NCBI GenBank assembly: GCA_026388495.1
Contig: JAPLJQ010000256.1
Span: 1 to 33,972 of the forward strand
Direction of reading: 5' to 3'
Length of the DNA stretch: 33,972 nucleotides
Origin: Deltaproteobacteria bacterium
GTDB lineage: Bacteria; Desulfobacterota; Syntrophia; Syntrophales; UBA2185
Each line of letters opens with the position of its first letter. The first letter of the stretch is position 1. Of the stretch, positions 8,737 to 16,223 are shown one piece after another. The translations under genes were made by a program, and so were the position numbers. A model generated the notes under the pieces. The model searched no databases. It saw only the letters and a list, made by a program, of their open reading frames with translations, and had not been told where the DNA came from.

Positions 8737-9526
8737 TATAAGACATCATCGTCCAATTTTCTTCAGAAGAACCCTTCCGTTCATATTATGTGGCCTGACG
8801 CTTCTTCTGACGGTTACTTCTCTGGAGGCGGTTGAAACTTTCCCCAAACCCGTCGGCGCAGTCAATGATTTCGCCGGTGTGATTCCGGATCAGTACAAAG
8901 CCCGGATGGAAGATCTGGCCCGCGAGGTACTGGAGAAGACAGGGACGACTGTCGTTGTTGCAACTATAAAAAGCATTGGGGACAATACCGCGGAAGACTA
9001 CGTCAACGGCCTGTACCAGGCCTGGGGAGTCGGTAAAAAAGGTGAAGACAAGGGCGTGCTGATTTTTATTGCCGTCGGCGAAAGAAAATTCAGAATCGAA
9101 ACAGGATACGGCGTCGAAGGCATTCTGCCGGACGGTCTGGTCGGTGAAATCCGCGACAAATACGTGGTGCCGTATTTGAAGCAGGGTGACTACGGCAAGG
9201 GGCTTTTCAACGCCATGATGGCCGTATCCACAGTGATAGCGAAAGACGCCGGTTTGTCTCTCACAGGACGTCCATCCACTGACCAGCCGGTAAAAAATCA
9301 GACCAGGCGGGGCGGCAATATCATTCCCCTGATTATCCTTCTTTTGATCATGATTCCCCTTCTGGGCACCAGGCAGGGTAGAGAGATGCTCCCATGGCTG
9401 CTGCTTTTTTTCATCAGTGGCAGCGGCGGCGGAAGGGGAGGAGGATTTGGCAGCTTCGGAGGCGGCGGCTTCGGAGGCTTCGGAGGCGGGAGCAGCGGCG
9501 GCGGCGGTGCGGGCGGGGATTTTTAA
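8729..9526 (+). CDS. TPM-domain (YgcG-like) membrane protein with a Gly-rich tail
   Basis: It has a signal peptide, a TPM core (VNDFAGVIP...VVVATIKS...[20 protein letters not shown]), a TM helix and a [10 protein letters not shown] tail. The ATG at 8729 overlaps the nadD stop (ATGCATGA). Confidence 0.8.
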   Translation: MHDIRHHRPIFFRRTLPFILCGLTLLLTVTSLEAVETFPKPVGAVNDFAGVIPDQYKARMEDLAREVLEKTGTTVVVATIKSIGDNTAEDYVNGLYQAWGVGKKGEDKGVLIFIAVGERKFRIETGYGVEGILPDGLVGEIRDKYVVPYLKQGDYGKGLFNAMMAVSTVIAKDAGLSLTGRPSTDQPVKNQTRRGGNIIPLIILLLIMIPLLGTRQGREMLPWLLLFFISGSGGGRGGGFGSFGGGGFGGFGGGSSGGGGAGGDF

Positions 9527-9594
9527 AAATAGGTCCCCTTTCCCTGCAGGGAATTCCTGCATTGCGGGCGGGGAACATCATTACAGGTGAGAAA

Positions 9595-10326
9595 ATGGCA
9601 AAAATACCCAGGAACCCGGAAGAGATCTTTCCGGCGATTACGGAGGATTTCAAGGGAATTTTCGGGAAAGACCTCCTTGCTCTGATCCTGTATGGAAGCG
9701 GCGCGGCAGGAGATTATATTCCCGGGAAATCGGATATCAATTTTCTTATCCTCCTCACCGGGGAGGGCATGGATCAGTTGGATAAAGCCTTTGAGACGGT
9801 CGCCCGGTGGAAAAAGAGGAAGGTGGCCACCCCGCTTTTTATGACGGAAGAAGACATGCTGTCCTCTCTTGATTCATACCCTATAGAATTTCTCAATATC
9901 AAGGCGAATCATGTCGTCGTCTATGGCGAGGATATTCTGAGCCGGATATCCTTCAAGGCTTATCCGCTACGGTTACAGTGCGAAAGAGAGCTGAAAGGGA
10001 AGATTTTTCACTTAAGAAGCGGCTTTCTTGAAACAGAGGGGCGGGCGAAACCGATTCGGGAACTGATAAAAATTTCACTGACAGCCTTTATCTCCCTGTT
10101 TAAAGCCCTCCTGTTTTTAAAAGGAATGGACATCCCCCGGGGCAGGAAAGAAATTATTCAGGCCGTCGCCGGGGAGTATTCCGTTGATCCGGCTATCTTC
10201 TTCACATGTACTGATATCAAGGAGGGCATCGACCGTATTGCCGCTTCTGACATGAAAGCCGTCTTTGAGGCCTACCTGAAGGAAATCACCAAACTGTCCG
10301 GGGTGGTTGATCGTTTGGATATTTAA
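9595..10326 (+). CDS. Nucleotidyltransferase-domain protein (pol-beta/KNTase-like fold with a helical C-terminal domain)
   Basis: The motif is LYGSGAAGDYIPGKSDINFLILL (GS...SDxN where the consensus is DxD). The ATG at 9595 follows an AGGTGAG SD. The longer Arg-rich N-terminal extension from 9394 is rejected. Confidence 0.6.
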   Translation: MAKIPRNPEEIFPAITEDFKGIFGKDLLALILYGSGAAGDYIPGKSDINFLILLTGEGMDQLDKAFETVARWKKRKVATPLFMTEEDMLSSLDSYPIEFLNIKANHVVVYGEDILSRISFKAYPLRLQCERELKGKIFHLRSGFLETEGRAKPIRELIKISLTAFISLFKALLFLKGMDIPRGRKEIIQAVAGEYSVDPAIFFTCTDIKEGIDRIAASDMKAVFEAYLKEITKLSGVVDRLDI

Positions 10327-10357
10327 TAAATAATTCTCATATAGTTGGAGGTACAGC

Positions 10358-10933
10358 ATGACCAGCGGAAAAAGAAATCTCATCATCGCCATTGTGGTGG
10401 CACTTGTGGTTGTATTTTCTCTGTATTCCTTCTTCAAGGGGACTTACAACACCTTTGTTTCTCTCGACGAGGCCGTAAAGGGCTCCTGGGCGCAGGTTGA
10501 AAACCAGCTTCAGCGGCGGTATGACCTGATCCCCAATCTTGTTGAAACCGTGAAGGGATATGCCAAACAGGAAAAAGATGTGCTTGTCGAGGTGACGAAT
10601 GCGAGAGCGAAAGTGGGCGGCGCCGGCAATGTACCCGATAAGATTAAGGCAAATAACGAGTTGTCCGGCGCACTGAGCAGACTGCTTGTCGTGGTGGAAA
10701 GATACCCCGATCTCAAGTCCAATCAGAATTTCATCCGGCTTCAGGATGAACTGGCGGGAACGGAGAACCGGATTGCCGTTGAGAGAAAGCGTTATAATGA
10801 TGCTGTCAAGACATTCAATGTGGCCATCAGGAGTTTCCCGGCGAATTTGCTGGCAGGGATGTTCGGCTTCCAGGTAGCGCCGTTCTTTGAAGCGCCTGCG
10901 GCAGCCAAGGCTGCTCCCCAGGTCAAGTTCTGA
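10358..10933 (+). CDS. lemA: LemA family protein
   Basis: It has an N-terminal TM helix plus the conserved LemA core (WAQVENQLQRRYDLIPNLVETVKGYA..E...L..V..AR). A GGAGG SD lies upstream. Confidence 0.9.
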   Translation: MTSGKRNLIIAIVVALVVVFSLYSFFKGTYNTFVSLDEAVKGSWAQVENQLQRRYDLIPNLVETVKGYAKQEKDVLVEVTNARAKVGGAGNVPDKIKANNELSGALSRLLVVVERYPDLKSNQNFIRLQDELAGTENRIAVERKRYNDAVKTFNVAIRSFPANLLAGMFGFQVAPFFEAPAAAKAAPQVKF

Positions 10934-10950
10934 GTCTCTTTATTGGCGAA

Positions 10951-11071
10951 CTCGTAAAAAGTCAAATTTTACCTCAATTTGTCATTCCTGTGAAAACGGG
11001 AGTCCAGTATTTTTATACACTTACGTATGGTCTGGATTCCCGTCTACGCGGGAATGACGACTTTTGACGAG
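10951..11071. repeat. Double-hairpin palindromic element (MITE/REP-like), copy A
   Basis: The layout is CTCGTAAAAAGTC...GTCATTCCTGtgaaaaCGGGAGTCC...GGATTCCCGtctacgCGGGAATGAC...GACTTTTGACGAG. It is homologous to the copies at 24811, 26708 and 28248. Confidence 0.8.
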
Positions 11072-11152
11072 AACGTCATCATTTTTGCGTTTGACTTATC
11101 CGCTAAATTTAGCTTTATTGTTCAAAGTTTACTCAACCAAAGGAGGCGATTG

Positions 11153-11581
11153 ATGAAAGATTCCCTGAAACCCGGACTGATCGTTGATTTAAAGTATAAA
11201 GTTCCAGAGAGCAAGACCGTTCCCTATCTTTTTCCGGATATCCCTGAAGGACAGGTCATGCCGAAGGTTTTCGCTACGGGATTTCTCGTGGGACTGTTTG
11301 AGTTTTCCTGTATCAAGGCCCTCAATCCCCATCTTGACTGGCCTAAAGAGCAGACGGTGGGAATCGGTATGAATCTGACCCATACGGCGGCGACGCCGGA
11401 GGGTATGACCATCTCCGTCAAGGGGAAACTTGAGAAAATGGAAGGACGCAAACTGACCTTCTCCCTGGAAGCTTACGACGATGTCGAAAAGATATCCGAG
11501 GCGACCCATGACAGATTTGTCATCAACGCGGAAAAATTCAATGCCGCCATAGACAGTAAAAAGGCAAAAGTTAAATCGTAA
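11153..11581 (+). CDS. Hotdog-fold thioesterase (FlK / fluoroacetyl-CoA-thioesterase-like family)
   Basis: The 142-aa protein has VFATGFLVGLFE...VGIGMNLTHTAATPEGM...ATHDRFVI. The ATG at 11153 follows an AGGAGG SD. The upstream part of the listed ORF lies in the repeat element and is rejected. Confidence 0.75.
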   Translation: MKDSLKPGLIVDLKYKVPESKTVPYLFPDIPEGQVMPKVFATGFLVGLFEFSCIKALNPHLDWPKEQTVGIGMNLTHTAATPEGMTISVKGKLEKMEGRKLTFSLEAYDDVEKISEATHDRFVINAEKFNAAIDSKKAKVKS

Positions 11582-11666
11582 AATCCTTTTTAAGGCGTGT
11601 GGATACGGGATCTGATCCGATTGTTTTTAAACAGGATCGGTTTTGAAAACGGCCGTGATTTATCAT

Positions 11667-11711
11667 AAAAAAAGGGGCTGACCTTAATCGGTCTGCCCCT
11701 TTTTTTATTTT
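11667..11711. terminator. Bidirectional intrinsic terminator
   Basis: The stem GGGGCTGACC (11674-11683) pairs with GGTCTGCCCC (11690-11699) with 1 mismatch and a 6-nt loop. It is flanked by A7 upstream and T7ATTTT downstream, so it can serve both the + strand thioesterase and the - strand tRNA-Leu. Confidence 0.7.
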
Positions 11712-11712
11712 C

Positions 11713-11799
11713 TGGTGCCGGAGCCCGGGTTCGAACCGGGATGCCCTTGCGGGCGGGGGATTTTGAGTCCCCTGCGTCTACCAGTTTCACCACTCCGGC
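11713..11799 (-). tRNA. tRNA-Leu (anticodon CAA), class II with long variable arm, CCA encoded
   Basis: The reverse complement is GCCGGAGTGGTGAAACTGGTAGACGCAGGGGACTCAAAATCCCCCGCCCGCAAGGGCATCCCGGTTCGAACCCGGGCTCCGGCACCA. The acceptor stem is 7 bp, the anticodon loop is CTCAAAA, and the T-loop is GGTTCGAAC. Confidence 0.93.
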
Positions 11800-11810
11800 G
11801 AGGCTTTCTG

Positions 11811-11837
11811 ATTATATAAGGGGCGGTGAAATGTCAA
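11811..11837 (-). promoter_or_regulatory. Candidate promoter for tRNA-Leu
   Basis: On the minus strand: TTGACA (11837-11832), a 15-bp spacer, then TATAAT (11816-11811), which ends 11 nt before the mature tRNA 5' end. Confidence 0.4.
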
Positions 11838-11847
11838 GAAAAATGTA

Positions 11848-11876
11848 TTGACAAGCCCTGAAACGGTATGCTAAAT
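11848..11876 (+). promoter_or_regulatory. Candidate promoter for tRNA-Ala
   Basis: TTGACA (11848-11853), a 17-bp spacer, then CTAAAT (11871-11876), which ends 28 nt before the tRNA 5' end. It sits back to back with the tRNA-Leu promoter. Confidence 0.5.
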
Positions 11877-11904
11877 CTGCACGCTCATTGATATGTTTGG
11901 GTAC

Positions 11905-11980
11905 GGGGCTGTAGCTCAGCTGGGAGAGCGCTTGAATGGCATTCAAGAGGCCATGAGTTCGATCCTCATCAGCTCCACCA
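11905..11980 (+). tRNA. tRNA-Ala (anticodon GGC), CCA encoded
   Basis: The sequence is GGGGCTGTAGCTCAGCTGGGAGAGCGCTTGAATGGCATTCAAGAGGCCATGAGTTCGATCCTCATCAGCTCCACCA. The G3:U70 alanine identity pair is present and the anticodon loop is ATGGCAT. Confidence 0.95.
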
Positions 11981-12039
11981 AATATCATAAATGAACTACC
12001 CCGCAGCAAGCTACGGGGGATATGACCCAGAGAGATTTA

Positions 12040-12070
12040 AGGGTTGGCTGAAACCGGCTAACCCTTTTTT
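12040..12070 (+). terminator. Intrinsic terminator after tRNA-Ala
   Basis: The hairpin is GGGTTGGC-tgaaac-CGGCTAACCC (with G-U pairs), followed by TTTTTT at 12065-12070. Confidence 0.55.
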
Positions 12071-12122
12071 AATATAAAAATAATCAAAAAATTGAATTTC
12101 ATGATTTCAGGAGGTCTGACGT

Positions 12123-12659
12123 ATGTCTGAATCTAAACCGGACAAATGGATGTCCTGGGTGGCCCTTGCCACGGCGATCATTGCTGTTTTCGCAGCAGTG
12201 ACGACCCTTTACATGGGGAAATACTCATCCCGGGCGATTTTAAACCAGGGACAGGAAACGAGTCAGTGGGCCTACTATCAGGCAAAGAGCATCAAATCCT
12301 ACATATATGAAATACAGAAGCAAAAGTTAGAGCTGGAAATGATGTCCCTGAAAACCGGTCAATCTGGCCCTCTTGCGGACAAGTATCTTAAAATCATGAG
12401 CGATTATGATAAGCAAATCAAGCGCTATGACAAGGAAAAGGAGGAGATCAAGGCAAAGGCCGATGATCTGGCAAAATCGAAGGAAGATGCCCAGGCGCGG
12501 GCGGGCAATTTCGGATATGCCCTCATTTTTCTGCAGATATCCATCATGTTGTCTTCCATTTCCGCCTTAACGAAGAAAAAGCCCCTTTTTTACACCAGCC
12601 TGGCATCCGTTTCCGGAGGGATATTTTTCTTTTTGGATGCATTTTTTCTGTTTCATTGA
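12123..12659 (+). CDS. DUF4337-family membrane protein
   Basis: It has an N-terminal TM helix, a SQWAYYQAKSIK motif, a coiled-coil middle and a C-terminal TM pair. An AGGAGG SD lies upstream. Confidence 0.7.
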   Translation: MSESKPDKWMSWVALATAIIAVFAAVTTLYMGKYSSRAILNQGQETSQWAYYQAKSIKSYIYEIQKQKLELEMMSLKTGQSGPLADKYLKIMSDYDKQIKRYDKEKEEIKAKADDLAKSKEDAQARAGNFGYALIFLQISIMLSSISALTKKKPLFYTSLASVSGGIFFFLDAFFLFH

Positions 12660-12671
12660 TTTGGAGAGCTT

Positions 12672-12775
12672 ATGAAAGAGTTCGATGTGGAAGATCTGGC
12701 GGCCTTCATATGAAGCGTCACCATGCCGGGAAGGATCTCAGCACGGAACTCCCGGCACTGTATTGTCCCGGATAG
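12672..12775 (+). pseudogene. Possible remnant of a cytochrome-b5-like (heme/steroid-binding domain) small gene with an internal deletion or frameshift
   Basis: MKEFDVEDLAAFI* (12672-12713) is followed, in another frame, by (H)MKRHHAGKDLSTELPAL...* (12710-12775). Both pieces resemble the two ends of ~75-aa bacterial cyt-b5-domain proteins as I recall them, and the middle is absent. Confidence 0.25.
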
Positions 12776-12815
12776 TCATGTGATGTTATGATTCAAGGAT
12801 GGGGCGATCTTTTCG

Positions 12816-13520
12816 TCAGATTCCCAGGAAGGCCTCCTTCACCTGCTCATTTTCCAGAAGCTCGCACCCTGTCCCCTGGAGCACGATACGGCCGTTTTCC
12901 AGGACATAGGCGCGATTGCACATCCCCAGAGTCTGTCTAACATTCTGTTCCACTAAAAGGATCGTAACCCCCGCTTCATTGATGTGCTTTACTATATTGA
13001 ATACATCCTGGACAAGGAGCGGCGCCAGACCGAGAGAGGGTTCGTCAAGCATCATCAGTTTGGGTAAGGACATCAGTCCCCTTCCCACGGCCAGCATCTG
13101 CTGTTCCCCGCCGGAAAGGGTCCCCCCCGTTTGTTTTTTTCTTTCCTTGAGCCTTGGAAACAAAGAATAGACGTAATCCATTGTTTCGGAACGTTTCCGC
13201 TTTGCTTCGCCGTAGAGGGATCCCATGATCAGATTTTCCTCTACGGTCATTTCGGGAAAGAGGCGCCTTGCTTCTGGAACATGAACAATGCCGTGTTCAA
13301 TGATTTTATTTGCCGGCAGGTGATCAATGCGCCTTCCGTCGAATTCAATCGATCCTTTTTTTGGGGTGAGCAGGGCGGATATGGTTCTCAAGATGGTGGA
13401 TTTCCCTGCCCCGTTTGCGCCTACCAGGACGACAATTTCCTTTTCCTTGACCTCGAAAGAAACATCCCATAGAACTTGAAGGTCACCATAGAAAACGTTT
13501 ATTTCACTTACATTGAGCAT
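12816..13520 (-). CDS. livF: Branched-chain amino acid ABC transporter ATP-binding protein LivF
   Basis: It has Walker A (GANGAGKST), the LSGGEQQ signature and Walker B (LMMLDEPS). It overlaps livG by 17 nt. Confidence 0.9.
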   Translation of the reverse strand: MLNVSEINVFYGDLQVLWDVSFEVKEKEIVVLVGANGAGKSTILRTISALLTPKKGSIEFDGRRIDHLPANKIIEHGIVHVPEARRLFPEMTVEENLIMGSLYGEAKRKRSETMDYVYSLFPRLKERKKQTGGTLSGGEQQMLAVGRGLMSLPKLMMLDEPSLGLAPLLVQDVFNIVKHINEAGVTILLVEQNVRQTLGMCNRAYVLENGRIVLQGTGCELLENEQVKEAFLGI

Positions 13521-14232
13521 ATGCTTCCCCCAGATAGGCCTCGATCACTGCCGGGTTATTGGCTACCTCATGTGGCGTGCCTTCAGCAATCGTCTGGCCG
13601 AAATTGATTGCGTGGATGCGGTCCGATATGGTCATAATCACTTTCATGATATGCTCAACAATGAGGATGGTTGTGCCATTTTCCCTGATCTTTTGAATCA
13701 GCTCTATGGCTTCATCCAGCTCTGAAGGCGTTAATCCGGCAGCGGTTTCATCAAGAAGGAGGAGCTCCGGTTTGGTTGCCAGGGCCCGTGCAATCTCGAG
13801 CCGTTTCCGTCCCCCGATGGGGAGGCTTTTTGCCAGCCTATCTTTGTACTCCACGAGTCCGCTGAATTCCAGGATTCTGTGAGCCTCTTCTTGGGCCCCT
13901 TTTATGGTAGCGGCTCTGCAGAAGGCGGACGCCGTGACATTGTCAAGAACCGTCATTCTCGCCAGGGGCTTAACAACCTGAAATGTCCGGCCGATGCCCA
14001 TATGACAGATTTTGTGGGTTTTTAATCCCTTTATGCTTTCTCCTTTGAAAAGAACATCGCCGGATGTAATGGTGTAGTAATGGTTGATGCAATTGAATAT
14101 GGTCGTTTTCCCTGAACCGTTGGGACCGATAAGGCCCATGATCTCTCCTTTATTGACATGAAAGGTGACATCGTTGACCGCTTTGAGCCCTCCAAAGACC
14201 ATTGTGAGATTTTTTACTTCCAGGAGTGCCAT
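13504..14232 (-). CDS. livG: Branched-chain amino acid ABC transporter ATP-binding protein LivG
   Basis: It has Walker A (GPNGSGKTT), the degenerate LPIGGRKRLEIARAL signature typical of LivG, and LLLLDE. Confidence 0.9.
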   Translation of the reverse strand: MALLEVKNLTMVFGGLKAVNDVTFHVNKGEIMGLIGPNGSGKTTIFNCINHYYTITSGDVLFKGESIKGLKTHKICHMGIGRTFQVVKPLARMTVLDNVTASAFCRAATIKGAQEEAHRILEFSGLVEYKDRLAKSLPIGGRKRLEIARALATKPELLLLDETAAGLTPSELDEAIELIQKIRENGTTILIVEHIMKVIMTISDRIHAINFGQTIAEGTPHEVANNPAVIEAYLGEAYAQCK

Positions 14233-14257
14233 ATGATTCTCTCCCTATGCATATCTT

Positions 14258-15220
14258 TCAGCTCGACGCCTTGATTCTAAACATATTTCGCTTTATTTTC
14301 GACCAGTCACCCACAATGCCGTTGGGCAGAAACAGGATTACAAATATAACCAGGAGTCCGAATACCAGTATGTGCGCTTCGCTCGTCCACGCCGGCGCGA
14401 GGCCAAAAAAGGCGCTTCTGAACGTTTCCTGAAGGCCGATCATGATGAATGCTCCGACAGCGGGTCCCATGATGGTTGCCACACCGCCTACGATACCGAC
14501 CAGAATCGCCATAATGGATATGTAGTGCAGGGAAAATACGACGTGAGGATCGATGAATGCCATGTAGTTCATGTAGAAAGCCCCTGCCATGCCCGTAAAG
14601 AAGGAGCTTATCAGGAGAGACACGTTTTTATAAAGGGTTGTATTGATTCCCATAGATTCCGCGGCATCCTGATCCTCCCGGATGGAAACAAAATAATAGC
14701 CCCATTTCGATTTCATCACCACGTGTATGACAAAAATACAGAGGGAAGCCAGGGTCAGGGCAATGTAATAATAGGGAAGTTTGCTTGTAAATGTCTGGAT
14801 GATCAGAATACCCACCATCCCTTCCGTCAGACTTTCCCAGTTGGTGGCAATGAGCCTGAAGATTTCGCTTCCGGCAAGGGTGGCGAGGGCGAAATAGGGA
14901 CCTCTCAATCTGAAGCAGACCCATCCTACGAAAAGGCCGATGAGCATGGCGGTGACACCCCCGAACATCATGCCCCACCAGGCGGACATTTCCAGCTTTG
15001 TCACGATGATTCCAGCGGTGTAAGCCCCTACTCCGAAGAACATGGCATGACCGAAGGATACCTGCCCTGTGTAGCCTGCCAGAAGATTCCATGCGGATCC
15101 GACAACAACCCACATAAGCGCAATAATGACCAGGTGCAGGTAGTAGTCGGACGTGACGAGAAATGGAAATGCGACAGCCAGGATTCCAATAAAGATTAAT
15201 GTCAGATGTTTTTGCCCCAT
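14258..15220 (-). CDS. livM: Branched-chain amino acid ABC transporter permease LivM
   Basis: This is a 320-aa polytopic permease with the GYTGQVSFGHAMFFGVGAY motif. Confidence 0.9.
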   Translation of the reverse strand: MGQKHLTLIFIGILAVAFPFLVTSDYYLHLVIIALMWVVVGSAWNLLAGYTGQVSFGHAMFFGVGAYTAGIIVTKLEMSAWWGMMFGGVTAMLIGLFVGWVCFRLRGPYFALATLAGSEIFRLIATNWESLTEGMVGILIIQTFTSKLPYYYIALTLASLCIFVIHVVMKSKWGYYFVSIREDQDAAESMGINTTLYKNVSLLISSFFTGMAGAFYMNYMAFIDPHVVFSLHYISIMAILVGIVGGVATIMGPAVGAFIMIGLQETFRSAFFGLAPAWTSEAHILVFGLLVIFVILFLPNGIVGDWSKIKRNMFRIKASS

Positions 15221-15228
15221 AATTCCCT

Positions 15229-16104
15229 CTACACTTTAGTCAGGCGCTTCAGACCGCCTGGTAAAAACACAAGGACAAGCACGAATATGACAAAACCGAC
15301 CATTTCCTTGTAGCCCATGCCGATATACGTAGCGCCCAACGATTCCGCGATACCCAGAACCAGTCCGCCGACTATGGCGCCCACCGTGCTTCCCAGACCT
15401 CCGAGGATCGTGATGACGAATGCTTTCAGAGTAAAGGGCCCGCCGATATCGGGGAACAGATAGAAGATCGGTATCAGCAGACTTCCCGCTGCCGCCACCA
15501 GCGCCGAACCAAGGCCGAACGTGATGATGGTGATCCTGCCGCTGTTGACACCCATCAGGGTTGCTGCGTCTTTGTCCTGGGCCGTGGCGCGGATGGAGCG
15601 TCCCGTATCCGTTTTCAGGAGGAACCAGAAGAGGATCACCGTAAAGACGACGGCAAAAAGGAAAGCGAAGCACATGGGTTGGTTGAAGGAAATGTCACCG
15701 ATGAATAAGGCCTTGGAACTGTAAGATGTTTCCACAGTCTTGTAATCGGATGTAAAGATGAACCGGGCTATTTCCGTCAGGACCATTCCAATTCCTACAG
15801 TCATCAGGACCTGATTTTCAGGAAGGATGGATTCGACTTTGATTAACGGATTCAAAAATAACTTCTGCAAAATGACTCCGAGGAGGAACAATGCCGGCAT
15901 GCTGACCAAAAGGGATACGTATGGATCTATTCCCCAGACGCTTGACAGCACAAAGGTGATGTACATGGCCACCATCATCAACTGTCCGTGGGCAAGGTTG
16001 ATGATACCCATGACGCCCATGATGAGGGTCATCCCGAGTCCGATCAAACTGTAGATTCCACCGATAAGAATTCCTGCGACAATGGTCTGGATCAAGACGT
16101 CCAT
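15229..16104 (-). CDS. livH: Branched-chain amino acid ABC transporter permease LivH
   Basis: This is a 291-aa polytopic permease with [12 protein letters not shown] and the [16 protein letters not shown] loop. Confidence 0.9.
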   Translation of the reverse strand: MDVLIQTIVAGILIGGIYSLIGLGMTLIMGVMGIINLAHGQLMMVAMYITFVLSSVWGIDPYVSLLVSMPALFLLGVILQKLFLNPLIKVESILPENQVLMTVGIGMVLTEIARFIFTSDYKTVETSYSSKALFIGDISFNQPMCFAFLFAVVFTVILFWFLLKTDTGRSIRATAQDKDAATLMGVNSGRITIITFGLGSALVAAAGSLLIPIFYLFPDIGGPFTLKAFVITILGGLGSTVGAIVGGLVLGIAESLGATYIGMGYKEMVGFVIFVLVLVFLPGGLKRLTKV

Positions 16105-16166
16105 CTGACGTTCCTTTCAAGGGAGCCCTTATAGTAATTTCGAAAAATGATACTTTTGTCCTGCGT

Positions 16167-16209
16167 AAGTGAACCGCCGCCGTCAGTCTCTGCCGGCGGC
16201 AGTTCACTT
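16167..16209 (-). promoter_or_regulatory. Intercistronic stem-loop between the binding-protein gene and livH
   Basis: AAGTGAACcGCCGCCG (16167-16182) pairs with the CGGCGGCaGTTCACTT part of the 16193-16209 arm, giving 8+7 bp with one mismatch. No U-run follows on the transcribed strand, so it is more likely an mRNA stabiliser or decoupling element than a terminator. Confidence 0.5.
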
Positions 16210-16223
16210 ATGAGATTCTAAAG

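Noticed and set aside
9420-9520. Repetitive GGCGGC/GGAGGC tract that might look like a short tandem-repeat array.
   Set aside because: It is in-frame coding low complexity, the [10 protein letters not shown] tail typical of YgcG/TPM proteins. There is no spacer/repeat periodicity.
9394-9594. Arg-rich N-terminal extension (…[28 protein letters not shown]…) of the nucleotidyltransferase ORF.
   Set aside because: It is the out-of-frame reading of the GGC/GGA-rich codons that encode the TPM protein's Gly tail. A good SD and ATG at 9595 give a normal NTase N-terminus.
11027-11152. ORF segments generated by the palindromic elements: MVWIPVYAGMT here, plus 24788-24970, 26772-26969 and much of 24694-25221.
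   Set aside because: The peptides (IPxxAGMT, LDSRxHGND, FPCKRESS) are direct translations of the repeat hairpins. They lack SDs and overlap better-supported features.
11590-12009. Two minus-strand ORFs (11590-11793 and 11812-12009) of 65-67 aa.
   Set aside because: They run through the tRNA-Leu and tRNA-Ala genes and their terminators, so they are not coding.
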